From: Gammaproteobacteria bacterium | Lineage (GTDB): Bacteria; Pseudomonadota; Gammaproteobacteria; Eutrophobiales; Eutrophobiaceae | Length of the DNA: 64,000 nt | NCBI GenBank assembly: GCA_963422205.2 | Contig: CAXMWX010000009.1 | Coordinates: forward strand, 1-64,000 | Direction of reading: 5' to 3' | Shown here: positions 1 to 9,017 of the stretch, one piece after another | Layout: every line of letters starts with the position of its first letter | Numbering within the stretch: the stretch's first letter is position 1 | The notes under the pieces: model-generated | The model's input: the letters and a program-made list of their open reading frames with translations, nothing else | Database searches by the model: none | What the model was told of the DNA's origin: nothing | Program-made: the position numbers and the translations under genes

Positions 1-1179
1 AGACTTATTTCCAATTTTTCAAATGCTGTTGTCACTGATGTTGGTGTGAAGGTATTGCAAAACAATGCTTTCTTTGCCCATCATGAAAACACACTTTTAG
101 CCATGCTTGGAGATAATGATCAAAACATTCGCGCTGTGGTGGTAGACAAAATTCTTCAAATCCGAATTCAGAATTCCCAACAAGAAGGTGAACGTCTAGA
201 ACGAACAGATCAAGTACGGATGTTTGTTTTTCCGAAGGTAAATGCTGGAGCCAAGGTATACTATGAAATGTCAGACTTACACCTTCCCAACATGCATGAA
301 CCACTAGCTACCACATGTATGTCAGATAACGCTTTGCAACAACTAGCCACAAACAAACTTGAGCTAAACTATCCGTGCCATAACCAAGCAGTGGAACGCC
401 ACATTCAGTTAGTAACAGAAGCTGCTACTGCCGTTGAAGGTTTCGATCGAAGAGACGGCACGATGAGACAGAAAATTAAGTCCAGAAGACTAATGCCATG
501 CTATTGACGCAAAAATAAACAATTTAATGTGTAACATTTTGCTGACTTTAAATGACAAACTGTTTGAACTTTTTTATGTGTGTGTAAAAATGATTTTCTT
601 ACTTTTGTGAAGTGAGGAGTGTATTTCACCAGTGTATTAATATTAAATTTGAGATCATTTTGGAAAGAAATTCCATTCCATTTCAAGAAATCATTTCCTG
701 AATGTCACGTAATATGAAGTTGCTTTTGTTTATTGCTGTTGTTTGTCAGTTTTAATGCAAAGCAAAATATTGAAAGTAAACATTTGTACTATCCTACGAA
801 TAGCCAGTGATGAATGAAATTTGAGAAAATAAGTTTTGTGCAAAAGTTAACCAAATTCAGAGAAATGTTGAACTTGAGCACTAAATTTTTGTAAAAGTAA
901 CATTTTCGCAAAAATAGTCATTTTATAGTACCTGTACACAAAAATGTTCTGTTAGAAGTAACATAAACTTGTACCTTCCGGTCATTTTGAGCCACTGATC
1001 CACTTTCTAGCATTAGTGGTTGCTGAGATATCGACATTTTGATAAAATGGCCGATTTAGGAAACTTTAAGGGGGATGTGCCTGCACCCCTTAAGTGGCAC
1101 CGACAAAAAATTGTGTTAAAATGTATTTTGGGGGTCAACTGCCAATTTTGGTACACTTGACTTTTTTCACTCCACCCTA
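1..1179 (+). mobile_element. 3' part of an animal hAT-superfamily (hATm-like) DNA transposon, truncated by the window start
   Basis: AT-rich. ORF 46-507 has FFAHHENTLLAML and YPCHNQAVERHIQLVTEA, recalled as typical of invertebrate hATm-like transposase C-termini. The element ends in CCACCCTA (1172-1179; reverse complement TAGGGTGG, a hAT-type terminus). Subterminal hairpin TTAAGGGG...CCCCTTAA at ~1066-1093. Confidence 0.6.
46..507 (+). CDS. C-terminal fragment of a eukaryotic transposase (probably degraded)
   Basis: 153-aa ORF with the PCHNQAVER motif; an in-frame TGA lies just upstream, so it is only a fragment. Confidence 0.55.
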   Translation: MKVLQNNAFFAHHENTLLAMLGDNDQNIRAVVVDKILQIRIQNSQQEGERLERTDQVRMFVFPKVNAGAKVYYEMSDLHLPNMHEPLATTCMSDNALQQLATNKLELNYPCHNQAVERHIQLVTEAATAVEGFDRRDGTMRQKIKSRRLMPCY

Positions 1180-1180
1180 G

Positions 1181-1291
1181 TCGCTACTCCTGCGATGTTT
1201 CCTCGAAGCTGTGTTTCCCAGGCGTTAAGCCGCGGAGATGGACCCCGCCACTCGTTAGACGCTTCAAATTCCGCGAGTATGATGAAGATGT
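1181..1291 (+). repeat. Probable 3' fragment of an invertebrate SINE
   Basis: GC-richer island (GCTGTGTTTCCCAGGCGTTAAGCCGCGGAGATGGACCCCGCCACTCGTTA...GCGAGTATGATGAAGAT) in AT-rich DNA, directly after the hAT terminus. Resembles an interspersed repeat I recall from tunicate assemblies; unverified. Confidence 0.35.
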
Positions 1292-1671
1292 GACAATGAC
1301 GGATGACGTTATCATCAAAATTTTTACAGCATAAGCGTTACATAAATTTCACCGTGATTAGGTCGTAACATACCTCTTCGCATTATGCTTGGGTCAAGTT
1401 CAACAGCTTGTTCGAATGGGGTTCCACCATGGATCGCCAACTCATATGTTCTAAACAACAGGAAAAGTTGATAAATTTCAACTTATGAAACCACATATTG
1501 GGAGAGAATTTTCTAATCAAACCCCAACATAGCAAATTAAGAGAAACTAACAATAGGAAAAAAAGAATTTTGAATGAAATTGTCCAATACGGTAAAAATT
1601 AACAAGAAAAAAGTTACTGCAAAAATGGCAGTAGTGCGAATAGAAATATCGACCCACAATTGCAGTACCGT

Positions 1672-1720
1672 AAAGCGGGACAGCGCTGTTTCGGGCTATT
1701 AGCCCTCATCAGCCGCCTTC
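1672..1720 (-). ncRNA. Minimal type I hammerhead ribozyme (inverted copy, canonical)
   Basis: Minus strand reads GAAGGCGG-CTGATGA-GGGCT AAT AGCCC-GAAA-CAGCGCTG-TC^CCGCTTT: core boxes, stem II, palindromic stem III, GUC cleavage triplet and stem I are all present. Confidence 0.88.
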
Positions 1721-2054
1721 AGGTAAGATACATTCATCTTCCAGATGGTACGTTCCAGATGCTCTACGGCACGTTTGACTGGAGTGCTTTGCACTGTTGG
1801 CGATGGAGAGCTGATATTTGCCTCCGACTCAACAAGAGGAAGTCGTCATGGCTTCCCGCCAGTAGGCCAGAAAGGACATTGCTTTTTTAGTTATTGCTCT
1901 TCACCCTGAACACGCAAAGAATTGACCAGCGCGATGGCGTAACCACACGAGTGGATACGTACCACAAAAGTTAAATTCTTTAAGATATATTTATCCAAAG
2001 AGATGAGTGATCCTGGCAAGATCATTCGTTTTGGAAGATCAATGTATTTAACCT

Positions 2055-2103
2055 GAGGGCGGCTGATGAGGGCTAATAGCCCGAAACAGCGCAGTTCCGC
2101 TCT
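2055..2103 (+). ncRNA. Type I hammerhead ribozyme, mutated copy
   Basis: GAGGGCGG-CTGATGA(2063-2069)-GGGCTAATAGCCC-GAAA-CAGCGCAG-TT^CCGCTCT. A-A mismatch in stem III; GUU triplet. Confidence 0.75.
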
Positions 2104-2393
2104 ACGGTACGTTTGACTGGAGTGCTTTGCACTGTTGGCGATGGAGAGCTGATATTTGCCTCCGACCCAACAAGAAGAAGTCGTCATGACTTCCCGCCAG
2201 TAGGCCAGAAAGGACATTGCTTTTTTAGTTATTGCTCTTCACCCTGAACACGCAAAGAATTGACCAGCGCGATGACGTAACCACACGCAGTGGATACGTA
2301 CCACAAAAGTTAAATTCATTAAGATATATTTATCCGAAGGGATGAGTGATCCTGACAAGATCATTCGTTCTGGAAGGTGAATGTATCGTACCT

Positions 2394-2441
2394 GAGGGCG
2401 GCTGATGAGGGCTAATAGCCCGAAACAGCATTGTCCCGCTG
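2394..2441 (+). ncRNA. Type I hammerhead ribozyme
   Basis: GAGGGCGG-CTGATGA(2402-2408)-GGGCTAATAGCCC-GAAA-CAGCATTG-TC^CCGCT. Stem III has a G-U pair; GUC triplet at 2433-2435. Confidence 0.85.
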
Positions 2442-3063
2442 TACGGTACGTTCCAGATGCTCTACGGTAGGTTTGTCTGGATTGCTATGCACTGTTGGCG
2501 ATGCAGAGCTGATATTTGCCTCCGACCCAACAAGAGGAAGTCTAGAAAGCTAGACCCAACAAAAGGAAGTCCTGGCCTAGTCCTTCCCGCCCGTAGGCCA
2601 GGAAAGACATTGCTTTTTTAGTTACCACAATTGCAGTGCATATAAAAGAATAAAACTAGTTACCAATTTCCTCAAAAACATTTGACTCGTTCGATTCCCG
2701 GCTAGAGCCGATCGCATTGGACGAATATTTTGGATATTTTGCTGATGAAAAGAGCGCAAGCTTTTTGCGATCTCTCTCTCACGACGCTTGCTTACCAACC
2801 AGTTTTAATCGTCAAACTCCTCCGAAAAATTTATTCAACTTACCGATCTCTAAAACTAATTATATTCAATCAATGTTTCAACATTACGCTCTCATGTAAA
2901 AGATCAGCGTTTGAAACGCAACACGGCGGTCAAAACCTATCGTTTGGCGAAATGTTTTTCAACGTTTGATCCGTTGTTAATACAAGCGTTGAACCAGAAA
3001 CGTACAGAGGCATGTTCGATTTTCATTCCTTAACTTTGAAATCGCAATCGGCAAAAATTAAAT

Positions 3064-3784
3064 CTACGGCGCGCACGCCTGAGGTCTTGTAACCAATGCC
3101 CGAATAGCCAATGCCGTTGATGGACTTGGTCACACCCTGCACCACCGAGGCAGAGCCCGGCTGCTCATTGACATTATCCTTGAAATCCCCTTTGCACAGG
3201 GCTTTTTTCTTAAAATACCCGTAGGTGCCGGAGACGGAGTTACGACCGTATAACTGAATCGGCCGCTCAGCCCATGCGCCGGTGAGACCTAACTGCCCCC
3301 AGCGGGTAATATCCTCGCCATGACCGCACTTGCGCGTGGCCGAGAAGACGGCATCCACTTCAGCGATGCTCATGCCCTGGATGGGGTTATCCTTGTTGAC
3401 GTACACCGCCAGCGCATCGATCGCAACCGCAACCGGGGTGGGCTTGTAGCCATGCCTGGCCTCAAAGCCGGCGATCTCCTTGTCCTTCATCTTGCGGCTC
3501 ATCGGCCCGAAATTCGAAGTGCCTTCGGTTAATGCCGGTGGGGCGGTTGATGAACCGGCGGCCTGAATCTGTACATTGACGTTCGGGTAGAACTTTTTAA
3601 ATTCCTCCGCCCACAATGTCATCAGATTAGCCAGCGTGTCAGAGCCCACACTGATGACATCGCCGGACACGCCGCTGACCTTCTGGTAATCCGCCAGTGC
3701 CGCATCGACCTCAACGGCAGTGACTGAGACAGGCAGCAGACCTGCCAGGGTGAGACTGATAAGTAACATTAGCTTGTTTTTCAT
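3064..3784 (-). pseudogene. pstS: Phosphate ABC transporter substrate-binding protein PstS, 3'-truncated at the junction
   Basis: Signal peptide plus [26 protein letters not shown] and GYSGIGY motifs. Homology stops after GVRAV, and the ORF runs into AT-rich DNA to a stop at 3023. Confidence 0.9.
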
Positions 3785-3849
3785 GCGGTTAATCCTCCGT
3801 TAAGGTTTGCACATCATCAAACTTGCACCGCACAGCCTGTCGCTGTTTG

Positions 3850-3878
3850 ATGACACAATTATTAACGGAATATGACGA
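3850..3878 (-). promoter_or_regulatory. Pho box upstream of pstS
   Basis: Minus-strand GTCAT / TTAAT / GTCAT half-sites at an exact 11-bp period (plus-strand starts 3872, 3861, 3850). Confidence 0.75.
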
Positions 3879-3887
3879 TTATAAGGA

Positions 3888-5219
3888 TCAGCGCACAGAG
3901 TTAAGCGGGCAGGTAGGCAGGGCAGCTGCCGGGGGCAGACCGGCAGGGCGGACAAGGCGCCTGGGCGGGAAAATACACGTGATCGTGGTGCCCTTGCCCA
4001 ACTCGCTGGAGATGACCAGTTCCGCCCCATGCTGTACCATCACATGCTTGACAATGGCCAGCCCCAGCCCGGTGCCGCCACGTTCCCTGGAACGTCCCTT
4101 GTCCACCCGGTAGAAGCGCTCGGTTACCCGCTTGATATGTTGCGGTGCAATCCCCTCACCGGTATCGGCCACCTCCACCACAGCCTGTGCCGCATCCTGA
4201 ACGTAGCCCCTGATGCGGATAACGCCACCTTGGGGCGTATACTGCACGGCATTGAAGATGATATTGGAGAATGCGCTGTATAAGTTGTCGTGATCACCGC
4301 GCACATACAGGGCCGGATCGGTCTCCAGGTAGAATATATGGTGTGAGTCAGCGCGCAAGGTCTGTGCTTCATGATGAATAAGCGAGAGCAACTCGCCCAC
4401 CTTGACCTGCTCATCGGCATCGTTGTAGCTGCTCTCCAGGCTGGATAATTTCAGCAAGTCCTCAATCAGGTTCTGCATCCGCCTGGCCTGCATCCGCATC
4501 TGCCTTATCTGCGGCTGCCAGGCGGGCGGGCAGTTGGCAGCTTCGCCATCGAAGGCCTCCAGATAACCTGAGATAACGGTCAGCGGCGTGCGTAATTCAT
4601 GTGAGGCGTTGGCAATGAAGTCTTTACGCATCCGGTTAATCCGTTGTATCTCCGTCACATCCCGTGCCACCAGCAACAAGCTGGACTCGCCATACCGGCT
4701 GACCCGAATCTCCAGCTTCAGCCCGGCCTGCAAGGGAGAGTCTATCACCAGCTCGGCATCGGCATTGCCAACATCAGCCAGATCAGGGTGGCGGATAAGA
4801 TGAGAGAGGCGCAGCCCCTTATCGCGGGGCGAGGCAATGCCAAGATAATCCCGGGCGCGCTGATTAGACCACTCAATACGGCCTTGCGTATCCATCACAA
4901 TCACCGCATCCGGCAGGGCCCGGGTGGCGGCCTGGAAACGGTTTAGAAAACCACTCAGCTTCTCTTCCCGCAGGCGATGATAAGCGCGCAGAGAATCAAT
5001 TTCCCGGACGATCTCATGGATAACCCCCGGCATGTCTGGCAGCTCATCGGCCAGGGCTGCATTTTTTAAGAAACGATATACCTTGCTGATCGCCCGATAT
5101 TGCCAGCACAGCAACCCCAGCAGCGCCAGGGACAGGCAGAGCAGAACTTGATTGAAAAGCAGGCCAAGCACTATGGCCAGCCCGGCCACCCAGCCTAATC
5201 GCAGCAGATCAGGGCACAT
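3888..5219 (-). CDS. phoR: Phosphate regulon sensor histidine kinase PhoR
   Basis: N-terminal TM helices, PAS domain, FIANASHELRTPLT H-box, RFYRVDKGRSRERGGTGLGLAIVKH; adjacent to phoB. Confidence 0.96.
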   Translation of the reverse strand: MCPDLLRLGWVAGLAIVLGLLFNQVLLCLSLALLGLLCWQYRAISKVYRFLKNAALADELPDMPGVIHEIVREIDSLRAYHRLREEKLSGFLNRFQAATRALPDAVIVMDTQGRIEWSNQRARDYLGIASPRDKGLRLSHLIRHPDLADVGNADAELVIDSPLQAGLKLEIRVSRYGESSLLLVARDVTEIQRINRMRKDFIANASHELRTPLTVISGYLEAFDGEAANCPPAWQPQIRQMRMQARRMQNLIEDLLKLSSLESSYNDADEQVKVGELLSLIHHEAQTLRADSHHIFYLETDPALYVRGDHDNLYSAFSNIIFNAVQYTPQGGVIRIRGYVQDAAQAVVEVADTGEGIAPQHIKRVTERFYRVDKGRSRERGGTGLGLAIVKHVMVQHGAELVISSELGKGTTITCIFPPRRLVRPAGLPPAAALPTCPLNSVR

Positions 5220-5230
5220 GGCAGGGCAGA

Positions 5231-5923
5231 TCAGTGCTTGCTGGAGAAACGATAGCCCACGCTTCGCACCGTCTGGATATGTTTATCGTAACCACAAGGC
5301 CGCAGGATTTTTCGTAATCGCCGAATATGCACATCCACGGTTCTCTCTTCCACGTAGACATTTTGTCCCCAGACCTGATCCAGAAGCTGGCCTCTGGAGT
5401 ATACCCGTTCCGGGTGTGTGATGAAGAAATGCAGCAGGCGAAACTCGGTCGGGCTGAGGGCAACGAGTTTCTCATCCGCCGTCACCCGAAAGGTCTCCGC
5501 ATCCAGCACCAGACCATCCATACTGGCCTTCGGCTTTGCCGTTGTCGGCCCGGTTCTGCGTAACAGCGCGCGGATCCTGGCCAGCAGCTCCCTGGTGGAG
5601 AATGGCTTGCTCATGTAGTCATCTGCACCTATGTCCAGCCCTTTGATCTTGTCCACTTCCTCGCCACGGGCTGTCAGCATAATGACGGGAATACTGCGGG
5701 TGTCAGGATCAGAGCGCATACGGCGGACATAATCCGCCCCGCTCATCCCCGGCAGCATCCAGTCAAGCAAGACCAGATCCGGCCTGGCAGTAGCGATGAT
5801 CGACCGTGCCTGTTCAGCATCAACGGCCTCACTCAGGCTGTACCCCTCCTTCATCAGGGTATAGCCCAACATCGCCCTGATCGGCTCTTCATCTTCAACA
5901 ATGAGGATTTTGCCTGTCATCAT
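5231..5923 (-). CDS. phoB: Phosphate regulon response regulator PhoB
   Basis: ILIVEDE, LLDWMLPG, EERTVDVHIRRLRK, IQTVRSVGYRFS. Probable start at MMTGK (5923). Confidence 0.97.
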   Translation of the reverse strand: MMTGKILIVEDEEPIRAMLGYTLMKEGYSLSEAVDAEQARSIIATARPDLVLLDWMLPGMSGADYVRRMRSDPDTRSIPVIMLTARGEEVDKIKGLDIGADDYMSKPFSTRELLARIRALLRRTGPTTAKPKASMDGLVLDAETFRVTADEKLVALSPTEFRLLHFFITHPERVYSRGQLLDQVWGQNVYVEERTVDVHIRRLRKILRPCGYDKHIQTVRSVGYRFSSKH

Positions 5924-5967
5924 AATGGGACCCTGTTCTTGGCATGGGAACATTACACAGCAGAAAT

Positions 5968-5985
5968 ATTACAAGCAAATGACAT
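5968..5985 (-). promoter_or_regulatory. Pho box upstream of phoB (autoregulation)
   Basis: Minus strand TGTCATttgctTGTAAT, with half-sites 11 bp apart. Confidence 0.75.
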
Positions 5986-6197
5986 GCTTGATAAGCCTTG
6001 CAGTCGGATTTTCAAGACAACACCATCAAAGCCTTTCGAGTTGGCAATGGAAAACGGCAATAATGCCCTGATACTAAGAAAAATCAGGTAAAATAGCTGC
6101 CCAATCCAGTCTTGATGCGGTTGATCTTCACCGCAAAAGGGTTGCAACGGGCTCTCTTTTTAACTAGCCTTACCAGTTAAGTTTAACGAGTATCGGA

Positions 6198-6577
6198 ATG
6201 CGGAATGTAATGATTATTTTTAGCAAATTGCTACAGGGCATAAAGCGGAATGACGGGGAAGATCATCATGTTCTGGTGCGATTTATGGCGGCTTTTTTGG
6301 CAGTTTCATATTTCACGGCGCCTTGCTTACCATATCGTTTGCCTCACTTTCATTTTCAACATTGCCAGGCGATTTATTTCTTGATGCTGAACTTTCTCTC
6401 ATGCTGGGTCTTGGCTTGATGGGCATCATCAGCTTCCTGTTCGGATTGATCGTTACCCCACGAAGAGGGCAGGATTCTCTGCCTTATCATTTTTTGCTTG
6501 GGGTTTCTCTACCAGCGATGGCCTATGCCCTGGCCAGCTTCATATTACAGATTGCGCCAATTAGGCCGGGATCTTAA
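6198..6577 (+). pseudogene. Small multi-pass membrane protein, frameshifted in a T6 run
   Basis: ORFs 6198-6419 and 6323-6577 join into one hydrophobic protein (…RFMAAFFGSFIFHGALLTISF…) if one T is added at 6293-6298. Confidence 0.45.
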
Positions 6578-6580
6578 AAA

Positions 6581-7168
6581 ATGCACCCGTCGTTACTGAG
6601 AACACTACTAACGACAGCAGTTATCTCCGGTTTTGCCGGTCTGCCCGCCTCTTCTGCAGAGGACACAGGCAGGAAAATATTCTGTGTGGGTGGTCATGCC
6701 TGGCAAGCTGTTGATGTTGATAAGCAGACACGTGCCTATGAAGCATCATTGGCAATAAAATTTATAATCGGGGCCAAGGCCTTATTCGGCAGCGAGGATG
6801 TTTTAAAGCTCTCAAAACTCACATTTGTTGAAGCCCGAGAGGCAGATGCACCTAAAACTCAACAAGCGACAACCCCACAGGAGAATACGCTCGTTTTAAT
6901 CGATGACGATAAAGAAACAGCCACGTACCGCGCAATAGTGGGAGAGTTTCTGGGGAGAGAGGCTGATTTGATTCCATCGTCAAACTGCCCCAGACCTGAT
7001 TATGTCATCGCTCTAAACAAAGCAGCCCATGACGATACCCACCAATTTATCTTGAATGTGGAATCAGAAAAAATGAGGGACTTTATCCTGGGGCCCCGGG
7101 ACCCCGGAGTCAGGGGCCGCTGGCTCATTTTATCTGACACGTGGCTCGCCCCAGGGACGTTGAGTTAA
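6581..7168 (+). CDS. Hypothetical exported protein
   Basis: 195 aa with a Sec-like signal peptide (…FAGLPASSA); no family recognised. Confidence 0.65.
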   Translation: MHPSLLRTLLTTAVISGFAGLPASSAEDTGRKIFCVGGHAWQAVDVDKQTRAYEASLAIKFIIGAKALFGSEDVLKLSKLTFVEAREADAPKTQQATTPQENTLVLIDDDKETATYRAIVGEFLGREADLIPSSNCPRPDYVIALNKAAHDDTHQFILNVESEKMRDFILGPRDPGVRGRWLILSDTWLAPGTLS

Positions 7169-7323
7169 TCTGATACTTTGTTCGCTTTTAAATCCCCACC
7201 TGCACATACCCCACTCACACCATCTGTAACGTTAATCCAACGCTTGCCTCTGCTATACCACACCGATACCGAGCTTAAAAACATGGCGTGATTAGCCATT
7301 TATCGCCTGACCCCTAACCCATG

Positions 7324-7385
7324 CTGTCATGCCGCCAGCGGACAGGCTTAACGCAGCTGTCATATTATGTTCATGTCCACTTAAC
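7324..7385 (+). promoter_or_regulatory. Tandem Pho boxes upstream of the porin gene
   Basis: GTCAT 7326, TTAAC 7348, GTCAT 7359, TTCAT 7370 and TTAAC 7381 all fall on an 11-bp register. Confidence 0.8.
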
Positions 7386-7506
7386 AGTGCCTGCCTACTG
7401 TCTGCCACGCACGAAAACTTTTATACCTTATAAAAATTGCTGTACCAGGCGGGCAGTGCGCCAGCAGTCAATTTTTCTACAAATCCAACTCTCAAGGAGA
7501 AGAACT

Positions 7507-8871
7507 GTGTTTAGAACAATGACGAAGTCCATTTACAGCCTGCTTGTTGCGATGGCCTTTACCCTTCTGCCTGGCGCCCCGGCATACGCCGTCAACAATG
7601 CCATGCTGGACCTGCTCAAGGTCCTTCGAGATAAGGGCACCCTGTCAGCCGCCGAATATGAGATGCTGATCAATGCCGCCCGGGCCGATGGCGAGCAGGT
7701 CGAAGGCAAGGTCAATGAGATGCAGGCCAGTCTCGATAAAAAGACCAAAAGTCTGCCCACGATCAACACCAGGGGCAAGCTGGAGATCAAGCAGGGCGAT
7801 AATAAATTCCGCATCGGCGGGCGTATCATGTATGACTATGCCTTTGTCAACGAGGATGCTGGCCGCGATGGAGAGAAAACTGAGCTTTTGACTGGACATG
7901 AATTTCGCCGTGCCCGGATTTTCTTCAGCGGGACGCTGTGGAAGCTGTGGGATTTCAAGTTCCAGACTGACTTTGCGGGTAACGAGGTGGACAACAAGGA
8001 ATGGACGCTGGCCTACAAGGGCTTTAAGGACACGAAAATTGTTATCGGCAGCGACAAGGAGCCGTTCAGCCTGGAAGAGATGAACAGCTCCAAGTACATC
8101 ACCTTCATGGAGCGCGCCCTGCCCAATGATCTGGCGCCTGGACGTAATACTGGTATACAGATAACACATCATCGCAATAATTTCACTATCGCTGGCGGCC
8201 TGTTCGGTGATGGTTTTGATACGCAGGACAGCGAGCCCGCCTGGTCGTTGACCGGTCGTGCAACGTATGCGCCTGTTGCCGAGGAAGACAAGGTGTTGCA
8301 CCTTGGCCTGGCCGGCAGTTACCGCAAGCTGGACAGCGATAATGAAGTCAGGTTTCGGGCGCGTCCGGAAATCCATACCAGCGCCCAGCGGCTGGTGAAC
8401 ACCGGTAATCAGGATGCTAACAGTTACTCGCTGCTCGGTCTGGAGGCGGCCGGTGTCTATGGCCCGTTCAGCCTGCAAGGCGAATGGATACGCGCCAGCT
8501 TGAGTGGTGGCGGCGGTTCAGAGCCGACCTATAACGGTTACTATGTCTATGGCAGCTACTATCTGACTGGCGAGAGCCGCCGTTACAGCACCAAGAGCGG
8601 TACATTCAAGCAGACCAGGGTACGCCAGCCTTTGGGCAAGGGTGGCTTCGGCGCCTGGGAGTTGGGGCTGCGCTTCAGCGGCCTTGACCTGACCGACAAG
8701 GACGTGCTTGGCGGCGAGGAGAAGAACCTGACCGTGGGGCTGAACTGGTATCCGAATAACAACGTGCGCTTCATGGCGAATTACGTACAGGTGCTTGATC
8801 TGGACAACGGCAGTGAGAACGATGGCGCCGAGCCTTCCGCCTTCATGCTGCGCTCGCAACTGTATTTTTAG
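7507..8871 (+). CDS. Phosphate-selective porin, OprO/OprP family
   Basis: EFRRARI, KEPFSLEEMNSSKYITFMER, GAWELGLRFS, TVGLNWYPN and a C-terminal F. RBS AGGAGA precedes GTG 7507 (alternative ATG 7519). Confidence 0.93.
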   Translation: MFRTMTKSIYSLLVAMAFTLLPGAPAYAVNNAMLDLLKVLRDKGTLSAAEYEMLINAARADGEQVEGKVNEMQASLDKKTKSLPTINTRGKLEIKQGDNKFRIGGRIMYDYAFVNEDAGRDGEKTELLTGHEFRRARIFFSGTLWKLWDFKFQTDFAGNEVDNKEWTLAYKGFKDTKIVIGSDKEPFSLEEMNSSKYITFMERALPNDLAPGRNTGIQITHHRNNFTIAGGLFGDGFDTQDSEPAWSLTGRATYAPVAEEDKVLHLGLAGSYRKLDSDNEVRFRARPEIHTSAQRLVNTGNQDANSYSLLGLEAAGVYGPFSLQGEWIRASLSGGGGSEPTYNGYYVYGSYYLTGESRRYSTKSGTFKQTRVRQPLGKGGFGAWELGLRFSGLDLTDKDVLGGEEKNLTVGLNWYPNNNVRFMANYVQVLDLDNGSENDGAEPSAFMLRSQLYF

Positions 8872-8957
8872 CGCAGGCGAGACCCATGATACCTGCACCA
8901 CAACCAGAGTTAGTGAGCTCATCGAACATCCGGGTGGATGGACGCTGTGCTTATATT

Positions 8958-8999
8958 GACTTATCTCCTGACGGGTGTTTGAATGCCGGGAGATAAGTC
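8958..8999 (+). promoter_or_regulatory. Inverted repeat (stem-loop) between the porin and carbonic anhydrase genes
   Basis: GACTTATCTCC…GGAGATAAGTC, perfect 11-bp arms; function unknown. Confidence 0.5.
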
Positions 9000-9017
9000 T
9001 TGTGAGGATTTTAGATA

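Larger units (their letters stand above)
1654..2637 (+). mobile_element. Non-autonomous hammerhead-bearing retroelement (retrozyme / Penelope pLTR-like tandem array)
   Basis: ~2.5 direct copies of a ~339-bp unit (GTTTGACTGG at 1772 and 2111; variant at 2471). Inverted ~80-bp copy at ~1665-1745. Flanked by the direct repeat CCACAATTGCAGT at 1654-1666 and 2625-2637. Confidence 0.8.

Noticed and set aside
1660-2624. CRISPR array or protein-coding ORFs (1660-1890, 1891-2217) in the tandem repeats
   Set aside because: Units are ~339 bp with no unique spacers and no cas genes. The ORFs are not preserved between copies, and the hammerhead structure explains the conservation.
2700-3030. Short ORFs or another small transposon just before the junction
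   Set aside because: No recognisable motif and no matching terminal repeats could be identified by eye.
3023-3063. C-terminal [13 protein letters not shown] as genuine PstS sequence
   Set aside because: It is read-through into AT-rich non-bacterial DNA; the PstS C-terminal motifs are missing.
7321-7506. N-terminal 62-aa extension of the porin
   Set aside because: It overlaps the Pho boxes; the RBS and signal peptide indicate a start at 7507 or 7519.
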